The notes beneath the pieces are model-generated. The model did no database searches. It had not been told where the DNA came from and saw nothing but the letters and a program-made list of their open reading frames with translations. From contig NC_068997.1 in the NCBI RefSeq assembly GCF_001194135.2, forward strand, positions 797,495-843,319: 45,825 nucleotides of DNA. The letters run 5' to 3'. This stretch comes from Octopus bimaculoides. Taxonomy: Eukaryota. Shown piece by piece: positions 34,973 through 45,825 of this stretch; positions within the stretch are counted from its first letter, which is position 1; every line of letters starts with the position of its first letter. The position numbers and the translations under genes are program-made.

Positions 34973-36075
34973 CACAGACTTAGTCAAAAGTATTAGGCCA
35001 CCCCAATGTTTTGGGGTTCTGTTATCTCAATGTTAATGAAACTAGTGCACATGGTAGATTGTGGTATATTTCGCAATATACATTAGTTTAACATCTGGCT
35101 GATCCTCCTTTAGCATCAAATACCGTTTGCATAAGGTTAGACATTGAATCAACTAGTTTCTTGCAGGTGCTGGGCGCAATTTTACTCCATTCTTCTCTCA
35201 ACTTTTGGTACAAATGCTCTTTATTTTTAATTGTTGTCTTCCTGATAGCTTCACCAAGAGTTCCCCGTAGGTGTTCAATCGGATTTAGATCGGGACTTTG
35301 AGCTGGCTAGACCATGGGAACAATACCCTGTGTCTCAAACCATTGATGGGTTTTCTTTGTTGTATGACCAAGGCTGTATATAACACTGTTTTTCGATACT
35401 CTTGGATGCAATTTAGTAATTGATGGCTCTAAAACAGCTGATAACATAGAAGCATAAGTAGCTGAATTTATCCTTCCCTGACATAAAAACATTTCTCCGG
35501 GTCCTGCGGCATACATGCAGGCCCACACCATGATAGAACCACTCCCATCTTTTATGGTTGGTACTAGACATTCAACCTTAAATGCTTCCCTAACTCTGCG
35601 ATGCACGAACGTTGCACCAGATGTACCGAAAACCTGAGGAAAAACATGAAAAATAATATTAGCTTTATGTTGGATACATTTTTTTATATATTATGGGCAA
35701 CAAACCAGTTACATTAAATTTATATGTTGATTGAATACATGTTCTATCTTACCTCATAGTTACTTTCATCAGACCATATGACTTTTGACCATTGCTCACT
35801 GGTCCAATTTGAGTGGTTTTTGGCCCACTGAAGACGTTTTCCCATATTCGCTTCAGAGACCCATGGCTTCTTCCTGACTTTACAGCCTTTCAGACCGTAC
35901 TCTACAAGTCTTCTTCTAACAGTTCTGGTTGATATTTGTGTATACTTGCCTTGTTGAAGTCTGCACAGAGCTTCGACGATGTTTTTCTTCTGTTTCTGAG
36001 CGACTGACAAATGATGGATCTATCTTCACGAGGTGATGTAACTTTTTATCTGCCTGTTCTTTATATTTTCCTGGT
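34973..36075 (-). mobile_element. Tc1-family DNA transposon, 5'-truncated and inactive; transposase interrupted by a 119 nt GT-AG intron (35634-35752)
   Basis: KVTSPREDRSII...QISTRTVRRRL...RKKPWVS...RLQWAKNHSNWT...VIWSDESNYE|VFG...SIMVWACM...QWF...*PAQSPDLNPIEHL...AKGGSARC* (stop at 35088-35090). One TIR (CAGACTTAGTCAAAAGTATTAGGCCACCCC). The QDNA motif is missing, the W before PAQSPDLNPIE is TAG, and there is a frameshift near 35945. Confidence 0.93.
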
Positions 36076-36079
36076 CAGC

Positions 36080-36330
36080 GATTCGCCCCAACTCTTTCCA
36101 CCACTAATCAATCTTTATGGTTTTGGGGTCGTGATCCCACCTTTCTTCCTGCTCACCCTTTCCCCATCCTTCTCTAGCCTTCTACCTTTGAGGTATTTAA
36201 ACTTAGTTGCTGCATCTTTGACTTGTATTTCTTACTCTCTATTCGAAGATGTGCTTGCTTATGCTGAAACATTTGTAACATATGAAATAAAAAAAAGTAC
36301 CAAGCTGAAGCGTATATTTTTCTCTCAAAA
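36080..36330 (+). mobile_element. Probable Penelope-like 3' end/pLTR with a degenerate hammerhead motif, abutting the truncated Tc1
   Basis: Pyrimidine-rich segment, then TCGAAGA...GAAA(36266)CATTTGTA (near-palindromic ACATTTGT, GUA triplet), then AATAAA at 36286. Same layout as other PLE ends in the window. Confidence 0.5.
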
Positions 36331-36485
36331 TTGATTTGCTCTTATATTATGTTATAGCGCACCAGACTCATGTGAATCTGCATTGGTGAGAGTTTAATAT
36401 GATTGACAATAACAGCCGAAACCCAAACTGAATAATTTGAGCATGTGAGTGCAACCAATCATACGTGTACACGCACGCACGTACG

Positions 36486-36487
<2 letters not shown>

Positions 36488-36560
<73 letters not shown>
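36488..36560. repeat. (AC)n microsatellite
   Basis: Seen directly. Confidence 0.97.
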
Positions 36561-37439
36561 TATTATAGTTCTATTTCAATCAATTTTACCTATCAGTTTC
36601 GTTTACGAGGGTTTAGGAAAAACCAATCTCGGTACCCAACAGAAGATTGGAAAGAGTGGAAAGAGTATGTGAAAGAGATTGATACTTTACCTACCAGTCT
36701 CTTTACTGAGTGATTGGTTGTCTCAAACTCTCGGATACAGGACCTATAGCTAAAATCGGCTGAAACAGGGCTATAATATTGCATCGTATAAATAATTAAT
36801 ATACCCACTCTATTGACAAATATACGAGAGCGTGTTTTTTTTTTCTGACTCATGAATCTTTAGGCAACCATGTATATAGTATCATAACCAGTATGTATGT
36901 ATGTTTGTATGTATGTATGTATGTCAACAGGGCTCTTTTCTCATATAAAAGTGCAAATTAATAAATACACACTCGCAGAGACTTTCAGTGGGTTTGTGTG
37001 AGACAATGCTTCATGTTGACTTTGCAACTAAAGAGACCTTTAGCACACATGTCTATTAAATATCTTACTGTTTTTATACTGGAGGCAGCTGCTCATGTAA
37101 TAATGCATTCCTACACAACCGTCACAGTAACACAGAGGCCGTAGCATACGAGACAGAAGCCAGCTCCAGTAAACTGAATAATGCATCCAGCTTGAAATGC
37201 TACATTGGAATAAGGGAAGATTCATTCTATAATTAACTTTATAATGCTAGCTAAAGACATATGGCTTTTGAAACAGAAAGACGCGAATTACGTCACCAAA
37301 CATGCATACACACACACATACATACATACACGCATACATACATACATACATACATACATACATAACTACATACATAACTACATACATACATACATACATA
37401 CATAACTGCATATATACAAAGAGGCAGAGACTTCACACC

Positions 37440-38435
37440 AATCCAGGCTGCCTTTGAATGTCATATCATGTTCCTTCGACAACGTCTTTTAACCACCAAG
37501 TGTCGAAGTACATCCTTTGACCAAGTTTGCACACACGAAGCGGATAACACCAAGTTACTTGGAAAGCAGCTCCTCGAGCAACATTCTTTGTCTGATAACC
37601 TTGAATTCATGCCCAACAAATTTGCACGACTCTTCTGCAACGTATCATCAGCTGACAGGATGAGTGTATATCAGCAGAAGACCAGTCATGGATATGTTTG
37701 CAGAAAACTCTAGGTTGACAGCAACACTGATAATCAAAGCAGTTTATCATGGATCAGCAACCGGATTGCTAACTCTCACTTTGAAGGGTAAGCGTTTGCA
37801 ATCCAGAAACAAGAAATAGCAATCAAATATCTAATGCACAAAAGGGACAGAGATATAGGAAAACACCAAAATGTGATAACCGATGCAGACTTAGTAGAAT
37901 TAAAACTGAAGATGTTACCCACATCATAGGCAATTGTCCAGAAAAGTCATCATGGTATTATGTACCGATGAGTGATGACGTTGTAGCCAAGGCACTGTAT
38001 AATAAGATTCGTCGGAAGAATAATCCTGAGGCCAAAGAGATAAGCACTCACAGTATGGTAGAGGCCATAGCCACTCATAATATGAAAGAGTGCTGATGGA
38101 ATGTCCCAGTGAAAACTGCAGTAAAATGTAAACATAACACACTAGACATAGTGATTCGGGACAGAGAAGAGAAACTATTTTCCAGTAGTTGAAACCAGCA
38201 GATGTCAACATAAAGCCTACGCTAAACTATTGAGAAATTTACATTTACTTTACTCGTAGTACAAGTCTGTAATTATAGGCGTACTAGGATGTTTAACTAA
38301 CTGCCTAAGCACCAATCTTGAGAAATTAGGCTTCTCGAAATTAGAAAGGAGAAAGCTAATTGGAATATTACAGACTCAAATCATCAAAAGAACCGTAAGA
38401 ATTTGTAAAAATTTTCAGAAATTTAACATTTAAGT
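37440..38435 (+). mobile_element. Degenerate REL-endonuclease LINE (R4/Dong/NeSL group), 3' ~1 kb
   Basis: RCRLSRIKTEDVTHIIGNCPEKSSWYYVPMSDDVVAKALYN...WNVPVKTAVKCKHNTLDIVIRD...VIIGVLGC...LEKLGF...LQTQIIKRTVRICKNF* (TAA at 38431-38433). CCHC knuckle and REL motifs are present, with stops. Confidence 0.85.
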
Positions 38436-39950
38436 ATATATGCGCATGTATAGACAGGCAACTATAAGCGTGAGAAATGATACATAAAACAAAACATGCA
38501 AATCTGCACATGCACTGACTTGAAATACTGCACACATACATACATGCATGCACAAATACCCTGTTGATATTTTTAAAATTCCAGTGAAGAAGCTTTGCAT
38601 CGAGGTCAAAAACCGATTCTTTCTCTACTTGAAATAAGAATGAATAATAACTTGCATATATATGTGTGCGTTCATGTGAGAGTGTATGTATGTATGTATG
38701 TATGTTCTGAACTTCATTGGCTTACGTCTGTTTCTGCTATAAGATGCAGTGGATTCTAGCTGAGTACCTGATTAACATCCTGCAGCTTCACCAGAGCCTC
38801 GAATATGAAATACAGTTTATTTGGGGGGGAAAAGAATTACATTTGTGCGATATAAAGAAAAGGCATTACCAATGAGAATGTCATTACTGATGGATATCAA
38901 AAGTGTATGTCCGAAAGGCAATGAAAAATACAAGTAGAAAAAATATGTGTATTTACACATGCGCACACACTGAAAAAGCGTAGGCAGACACCCAGCCACA
39001 CACACAGCGCAGAGATACAGACATACACACTTGCACACGCACGCATACACACACACGCGCGCGCGCATACACATATTCGCACACACAGACGTACATATAT
39101 ATGTGTGTATGTATACGTTTACATATATACAGATATACATACACATATACGCATGAAATACATATACACACTTCATATGCACACAGAAGGAAAGAAAAAT
39201 AGATGGAGAGAGATAGAGACCGACTCCAACATGCACAAATCTATTCATATGTATATACATACACCCCCCTCCACGCACTCACATCACACAAAAGCATACT
39301 CATTATATATAGGTACACACACGTATATTCATATATATATATAAATATATTTATATATATATATATATATAGATATAGATATATATATATATATATATAT
39401 GAGGAAAATAAATCAAGGTAGAAAATGCTAANNNNNNNNNNNNNNNNNNNNNNNNNNNNNNNNNNNNNNNNNNNNNNNNNNNNNNNNNNNNNNNNNNNNN
39501 NNNNNNNNNNNNNNNNNNNNNNNNNNNNNNNNNNNNNNNNNNNNNNNNNNNNNNNNNNNNNNNNNNNNNNNNNNNNNNNNNNNNNNNNNNNNNNNNNNNN
39601 NNNNNNNNNNNNNNNNNNNNNNNNNNNNNNNNNNNNNNNNNNNNNNNNNNNNNNNNNNNNNNNNNNNNNNNNNNNNNNNNNNNNNNNNNNNNNNNNNNNN
39701 NNNNNNNNNNNNNNNNNNNNNNNNNNNNNNNNNNNNNNNNNNNNTATGATAGTAGTAGGATGTTAAATGGTCAAATGACCTAAAAGTGGCTCGTTGTGGA
39801 TCATAGTAGTGATTGGGACTGTTTTGAATGAATTCTTGGGTATGTCTTTTTAATGTATCGTTTTTAATATTTGTGTGTGTGTCATTCTAAGGCCGTGCTG
39901 GATATGTCATTTGTTGTAGATGCCTTCAAAAGGGCTCTGTATTTTGTGAT

Positions 39951-40079
39951 AAAGAACGACTCTTTACTAATTCGTTGGCTACAGGTTGTATCATCCCTGA
40001 ATTGATAGGGATTTTTCCCCTCTATCAATTCAGGGATGATACAACCTGTAGCCAACGAATTAGTAAAGAGTCGTTCTTT
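39951..40079. repeat. Perfect 58 bp inverted repeat with a 13 nt spacer
   Basis: 39951-40008 is the exact reverse complement of 40022-40079 (checked base by base). Spacer GGATTTTTCCCCT. Confidence 0.97.
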
Positions 40080-40085
40080 GTATAT

Positions 40086-40661
40086 ATATTGATAATAAGA
40101 TAAAGAGAATGAAGAATTTGAACATTCAAACTCTATGTTTATTTCCAGTTAGTTTATTCATAATAATAGTCCGACCAATGTTTCGACGCACCAACTGCTT
40201 ATTGTTGTATATTCATATGCAGCGATTTATGCACTATTAGTACGATCTCTTCAAAGGATTTAAGTATGGCATTGTTCGAAGAGAAATTTTCCTCTTCTAT
40301 TAGTTTAAATTAGGTTTGGTAGTAGTATTAGTAAAGCATGGTATTCTTCTATGAGATGCTACTGAAGTTTTCTAAACAGACAGTTGAGAAAAACATCTCA
40401 TAGAAGAATGTCATGATTTACTACTACTACTACCAAACCTAATTCAAACTAATAGCAGAGTAAAATTTCTCTTCGACCAGTGTCATATTTATATGCCCTG
40501 AAGAAATCGTGCAAATAATGCATAAATCGCTGTCTATAAATATGCAACTATAAGTAGTTGGTGCGTCGAAACAGGTGTCGGACTATTATTATGAATAAAC
40601 TAACTAGAAATAAACATAAAGTTTGAATGTTCAAATTCTTCATTCTCCTTCTTATCAATAT
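40086..40661. mobile_element. Fold-back of two inverted ~270 bp PLE-pLTR-like arms, each with a degenerate type-I hammerhead motif
   Basis: Arms 40086-40358 and 40394-40661 are imperfect reverse complements. The + arm has CTGAAGA (40498), GAAA (40568), GTC (40577) and AATAAA (40594). The inverted repeat is certain; the PLE/hammerhead interpretation is inferred. Confidence 0.75.
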
Positions 40662-40914
40662 TGTACTTTACACTCTAAGTAGCCAAGCAATAAACTGGAA
40701 AATTGGACCAGAGCTAAAGGACGATTGCCAAAAAATGCACCATCAGAAGGCACCAGCCTAGACATTTTACTCATAGAAATTCGGTATCTGCCTGGATATT
40801 ATATAACCCTCTTACTATATATATGTATATATATATATATATGTATGTATATATACATACACACACACACACACACACAAATAATAAGAAAAGAAAGAAA
40901 ATTATTTAACACAT

Positions 40915-41318
40915 CTTTACTGATTCGTTTCAATTGTTTCTGTACAAACTCTACTTGTAGCACCAGCTTACACAAAAATCCAACGTGAGAACGTATGTAA
41001 TGTTTGTGGTTTTAGACATTAGAGAGGCCCTTCATCGCACTTGCATCAAACGTGTATTGTCACATTCTGCGTCTTCTAGACATTTTTTTTTTGTTTGCTT
41101 AATAGGCCAAATAAGCCAAATAAGCCAGTAAGCCAAAAGTCAAAACACAAGATCTGGAAGACGCACTATGTGACTGCACACCTTTGATGCAAGTCTGATG
41201 AAGTGTCACTCTAATGTCTAAAGCCGCAAACATTACGTAAATGTTCATTTCGATTGTTTGTGTAAACTGGCGTTGCAAATAGAGTTGGTACAGACACAAT
41301 TGTAACGAATCATTAAAG
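40915..41318. mobile_element. Second fold-back of two inverted ~165 bp arms, each with a degenerate type-I hammerhead motif
   Basis: Arms ~40915-41080 and ~41151-41318. The + arm has CTGATGA (41195), palindromic ACAATTGT (41296-41303) and GTA. The minus arm retains GAAACAATTG. Spacer contains short AATAAGCCA repeats. Confidence 0.72.
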
Positions 41319-41494
41319 AAAAATTTATCTATAATATAATATATGACAAATTAGTCGGTTGCTATAATAAAACTCAGAGTTTCGGATGTCGGGGAGGAAA
41401 TCTGCTCCGGCATCTCGTCAGTTATTAAGACAAACAAAAGAGCTATGAGAATGACCGTTAAATAAAGGGAAATTACCTTTATTTAACGGTAAAA

Positions 41495-41527
41495 TATATA
41501 TATATATATAAATATATATATACATAC

Positions 41528-41576
<49 letters not shown>

Positions 41577-41922
41577 NNNNNNNNNNNNNNNNNNNNNNNN
41601 NNNNNNNNNNNNNNNNNNNNNNNNNNNNNNNNNNNNNNNNNNNNNNNNNNNNNNNNNNNNNNNNNNNNNNNNNNNNNNNNNNNNNNNNNNNNNNNNNNNN
41701 NNNNNNNNNNNNNNNNNNNNNNNNNNNNNNNNNNNNNNNNNNNNNNNNNNNNNNNNNNNNNNNNNNNNNNNNNNNNNNNNNNNNNNNNNNNNNNNNNNNN
41801 NNNNNNNNNNNNNNNNNNNNNNNNNNNNNNNNNNNNNNNNNNNNNNNNNNNNNNNNNNNNNNNNNNNNNNNNNNNNNNNNNNNNNNNNNNNNNNNNNNNN
41901 NNNNNNNNNNNNNNNNNNNNNN

Positions 41923-41990
<68 letters not shown>

Positions 41991-42120
41991 GCATGCATGC
42001 ATATGTACACACATACATAATCCCTCAGCTACCTACCTACCTACCTACCTACCTACCTACCTACCTACCTACCTACCTACCTACCTACATACATACATAC
42101 ATACATACATACATACATAC
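41495..42120. repeat. (AT)n - gap - (AT)n, then (ACCT)n and (ACAT)n microsatellites
   Basis: Seen directly. Confidence 0.95.
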
Positions 42121-42215
42121 TTCTGCATATAACATAAATAAACAGTAAACTGAAGAAAGCTTGGTGATTTTAGGATCGACAAGTCCTGATATTTTTTTTC
42201 GATATTATTAAACCT

Positions 42216-42320
42216 ACGCCGGACAAAATGTTTAGCGGTATTTCGTCCGTCTTTACGTTCTGAGTTTAAATTCTGCCAAGGTCAACTTTGCCTTTCATCC
42301 TTTCGGGGTCGATAAATTAA
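42216..42320 (+). mobile_element. SINE family C, truncated at both ends
   Basis: ACGCCGGACAAAATG...TTTACGTTCTGAGTTTAAATTC...GCCTTTCATCCTTTCGGGGTCGATAAATTAA. Confidence 0.88.
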
Positions 42321-42392
42321 CATTAGAGAAGAGCACGAGGCTCAGAAGAGGTTATACAACACTGAAACATCTAAGAAAGGAAGAAAACAAAC

Positions 42393-42394
<2 letters not shown>

Positions 42395-42468
<74 letters not shown>

Positions 42469-42731
42469 ANNNNNNNNNNNNNNNNNNNNNNNNNNNNNNN
42501 NNNNNNNNNNNNNNNNNNNNNNNNNNNNNNNNNNNNNNNNNNNNNNNNNNNNNNNNNNNNNNNNNNNNNNNNNNNNNNNNNNNNNNNNNNNNNNNNNNNN
42601 NNNNNNNNNNNNNNNNNNNNNNNNNNNNNNNNNNNNNNNNNNNNNNNNNNNNNNNNNNNNNNNNNNNNNNNNNNNNNNNNNNNNNNNNNNNNNNNNNNNN
42701 NNNNNNNNNNNNNNNNNNNNNNNNNNNNNNN

Positions 42732-42809
<78 letters not shown>

Positions 42810-42933
42810 CTATCATCATCATCGTTCTTTCTTTAAAACATAATTAATATTAGTAATAATAATTTCTTTGTTTACTAAAACTGTAGACAACAGCAACGAT
42901 ATACTGTGATGATGATGATGATGATGAGGATGC

Positions 42934-42971
<38 letters not shown>

Positions 42972-42975
42972 TGAT
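42395..42975. repeat. (AAAG)n - gap - (ATC)n and (ATG)n microsatellites
   Basis: Seen directly. Confidence 0.95.
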
Positions 42976-43494
42976 GACGACGCCGCCGTTGACGATGACG
43001 ACGACGATACGATCGTATTTGAAGATATTTGCGCCAATTTCATCCTAAAAGAACGTATGGAATTCTAACAATATTTATCAACTTCTCGTTAATAATGGAA
43101 GCGTTTAGTATGTTTTTATTTCTTTATCATTTTTTTCATCTTCTTCCCTCAATTGTTTGCTTGAAGGAAGCTGCTATAGCAAGAAGAGGATGTCTTTTAG
43201 TGTTGGGTTTGAGTCTTTGTAAGTTATTAGAGTCGGGTGTTTAGCAGATGTTTTGATCCGAGAAACTCTCTCTAATCTTTTCTTTATCTTTCTAATGAGG
43301 GTTGCTCTTTAAATAAATAATAGCATGTCGAGCGACAGAAATATAACATTACTTCCTAGAAAACACCAACGTTCTCTCCATTTTTCTTTCTATATTTTCT
43401 CTCTGTATTTTTTTTTTGTTCATATTACTTATTCAATTATTACTCCTGTTTTCTTTTGTGTATGTGTTTTTTTATCTTATCATAAACATTATTG

Positions 43495-43496
43495 TT

Positions 43497-43567
<71 letters not shown>

Positions 43568-43965
43568 CGCCATCATCATCATCATTATCATCATTATTAT
43601 CGTTATCATTCTTGTTATCATCATTGTTATGAATACTTCTGTAGAGTCTGCGTGCGATATTTCCTTGTTTTCCATTTGAGAGAGAATATCCATTACTTAA
43701 AAAAAAATATTTCCAAAAGAATGGATGAACTATATTGGATCCCTGTTGTATTTGCTATCCCTTAAAAAATTCATAATACCTTGTAAACGTTTATGGATAG
43801 CTGCTTGTATACATACATACATACATACATACGTACGTACATACATACATACATACATACATACAAGCATGCTTACATATATATATATGTGTATATATAT
43901 ATATATANNNNNNNNNNNNNNNNNNNNNNNNNNNNNNNNNNNNNNNNNNNNNNNNNNNNNNNNNA

Positions 43966-43998
<33 letters not shown>

Positions 43999-44175
43999 AT
44001 TGTATATGTATATTTGTATATTGCATGTGTATATGTATATATATATATGTATATACATATATATATATGTATATATGTTTATATGTATAAATATATCTAT
44101 CTCTATGTGTGTGTTTGTGTGTGTGCGTGTGTGTGTGTGCGTGTGTGTGTGTGCGTGTGTGTGTATGTGTGTATT

Positions 44176-44206
<31 letters not shown>

Positions 44207-44220
44207 GCGTGCGTGTGTCC
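43495..44220. repeat. (ATT)n, (ACAT)n, (AT)n and (TG)n microsatellite field
   Basis: Seen directly. Confidence 0.93.
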
Positions 44221-44599
44221 ACCCAGAAATATTTACATATACTGAATACATGTTTATTAAAGTGTATATCCGTCTATTTTCAAATGTATATAGCGAAAAA
44301 ACAAAGTTGAGCCATACTAGTTTTATATATTTTTGGAGCTGTAGTGTTTTTTATGCAAATATATATATATAATTTAATAACATTGAAGAAAAGAATGGGA
44401 AGTAAGAAATGTTGATAAAACTAAAGAAGAGAAACAATTAAATTATTAATAGTTTCATTGTATGGAAGCTGAAGGTAGCGACATCTGCTGGAGTAACTTT
44501 ACTGGTTGTTAGTTTTGTTTTGTTTTTGTTTTTGTTTTTTGTTTTTTGTAGCTTTTGTTTGCTGTTTTTGTTTTTCCTAAGTCTACTAGTGATAATTCA

Positions 44600-44682
44600 T
44601 CGACAGCAACAACCCAAACAACAACAATAATAACAAATATAACAATGATATCAATAATGATAATAATTATTATTTTCATTAC

Positions 44683-44751
<69 letters not shown>

Positions 44752-44777
44752 TATTATTATCATCATCATTATCATTT

Positions 44778-44868
<91 letters not shown>

Positions 44869-44915
44869 TATCATCATTATCATCATTATTATAACAACAA
44901 CAACAATCATAACAA
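44600..44915. repeat. (AAC/AAT) - (ATT/ATC)n compound microsatellite
   Basis: Seen directly. Confidence 0.93.
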
Positions 44916-45494
44916 CTAGGTACAGACCGCAGCGAGTTGAAAATTTTCAATCCTGCTCTAGTAAACTACAATAAGTTTTTTTGTTTATCTAAATTTACTT
45001 TGGTCATTTTGGTAAACAACATGGTTACTACACTTCATACAAGGGTTAAGATCGTTTACCAGAGAAGATTCTAAATGAACCGGGGTAAACCAAAAAGTCT
45101 ATGGAATTTTGGCATCCAAACATCCAGACAGAAGAATTAAACACCATAGATCAGATACTATAAAGCATTTAAAGAGAGTGTCTTACAATAAAATTTGCAA
45201 TTCCTTTAAACTAAAACACTGCAGATAAAGGAAATAGCAAAAGATCTTGAAATATGCTAATTTGAAAGTAATGATATCAAGATTGTGAAAATAGAAATGA
45301 CTCACTTCATAGATTGTTTGATTAATAAATCCAAGGTTATTTCATACAGACGATTTCTAAAAATAACGGTTGAACATCAAGACAGCTCATATTCTTAGAT
45401 ACTGTCACTCTAAGACCATTTGTTACAGCTAGACAGCATGAAGAATAAACCGGCAAAAATAAAACAGTATTTTGCATTCATACTGTGAGATGGA

Positions 45495-45526
<32 letters not shown>

Positions 45527-45734
45527 CCTTTTTACTATTGGCCTGAAATTTTGTGGGGAGGGGTTATTCGATTGCATTGATCCCAACACTTCACTGGTAC
45601 TTAATTTCATCGACCCCGAAAGGATGAAAGACAAAGTCGACCTCGACATAATTTGAATTCAGAATGATAAGACGAGCGAAACGTTGCTAAGCATTTTACC
45701 CGGCGTGCTAACGATCCTGCCAGCTCGCCGCCTT
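45527..45734 (-). mobile_element. SINE family C, full-length, flanked by (ATG)n
   Basis: Minus-strand head AAGGCGGCGAGCTGGCAGGATCGTTAGCACGCCGG and core CTTTCATCCTTTCGGGGTCGATGAAATTAAGTACCAG. Confidence 0.9.
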
Positions 45735-45745
45735 CAAAAATAATA

Positions 45746-45801
<56 letters not shown>

Positions 45802-45825
45802 AGGGATGATGATGATGATGATGAT

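Noticed and set aside
36597-36713. FRLRGFRKNQSRYPTEDWKEWKEYVKEIDTLPTSLFTE* after a CTATCAG acceptor-like site
   Set aside because: Short, no recognisable family, contains a small tandem duplication, and lies among TE fragments.

Overview
AT-rich, microsatellite-dense eukaryotic scaffold with 12 N-gaps. It is very likely coleoid cephalopod (Octopus) DNA, inferred from its three tRNA-derived SINE families, the REL-type (Dong/R4-like) LINE remnants and the repeat density. It contains no complete, recognisable protein-coding gene. Nearly all supplied ORFs are translations of microsatellites or N-runs. Supported content: about 15 SINE copies of three families; a dead mariner (10.4-11.6 kb); a dead Tc1 element whose transposase has a clean GT-AG intron (35.0-36.1 kb); several REL-endonuclease LINE 3' fragments; a CR1/L2-like LINE fragment; Penelope-like (PLE) fragments, including a GIY-YIG remnant; and pogo-like and hAT-like MITEs. 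One plausible orphan terminal coding exon (19929-20067) and several weaker phase-2 micro-exon candidates lie on the + strand. The most unusual structures are three adjacent fold-backs at 39.95-41.32 kb, two of which carry degenerate type-I hammerhead-ribozyme motifs in both arms, and an old 25-26 bp minisatellite of about 18 units sitting upstream of a SINE-like tail at 30.4-31.0 kb. All alignments, translations and folds were done by eye.
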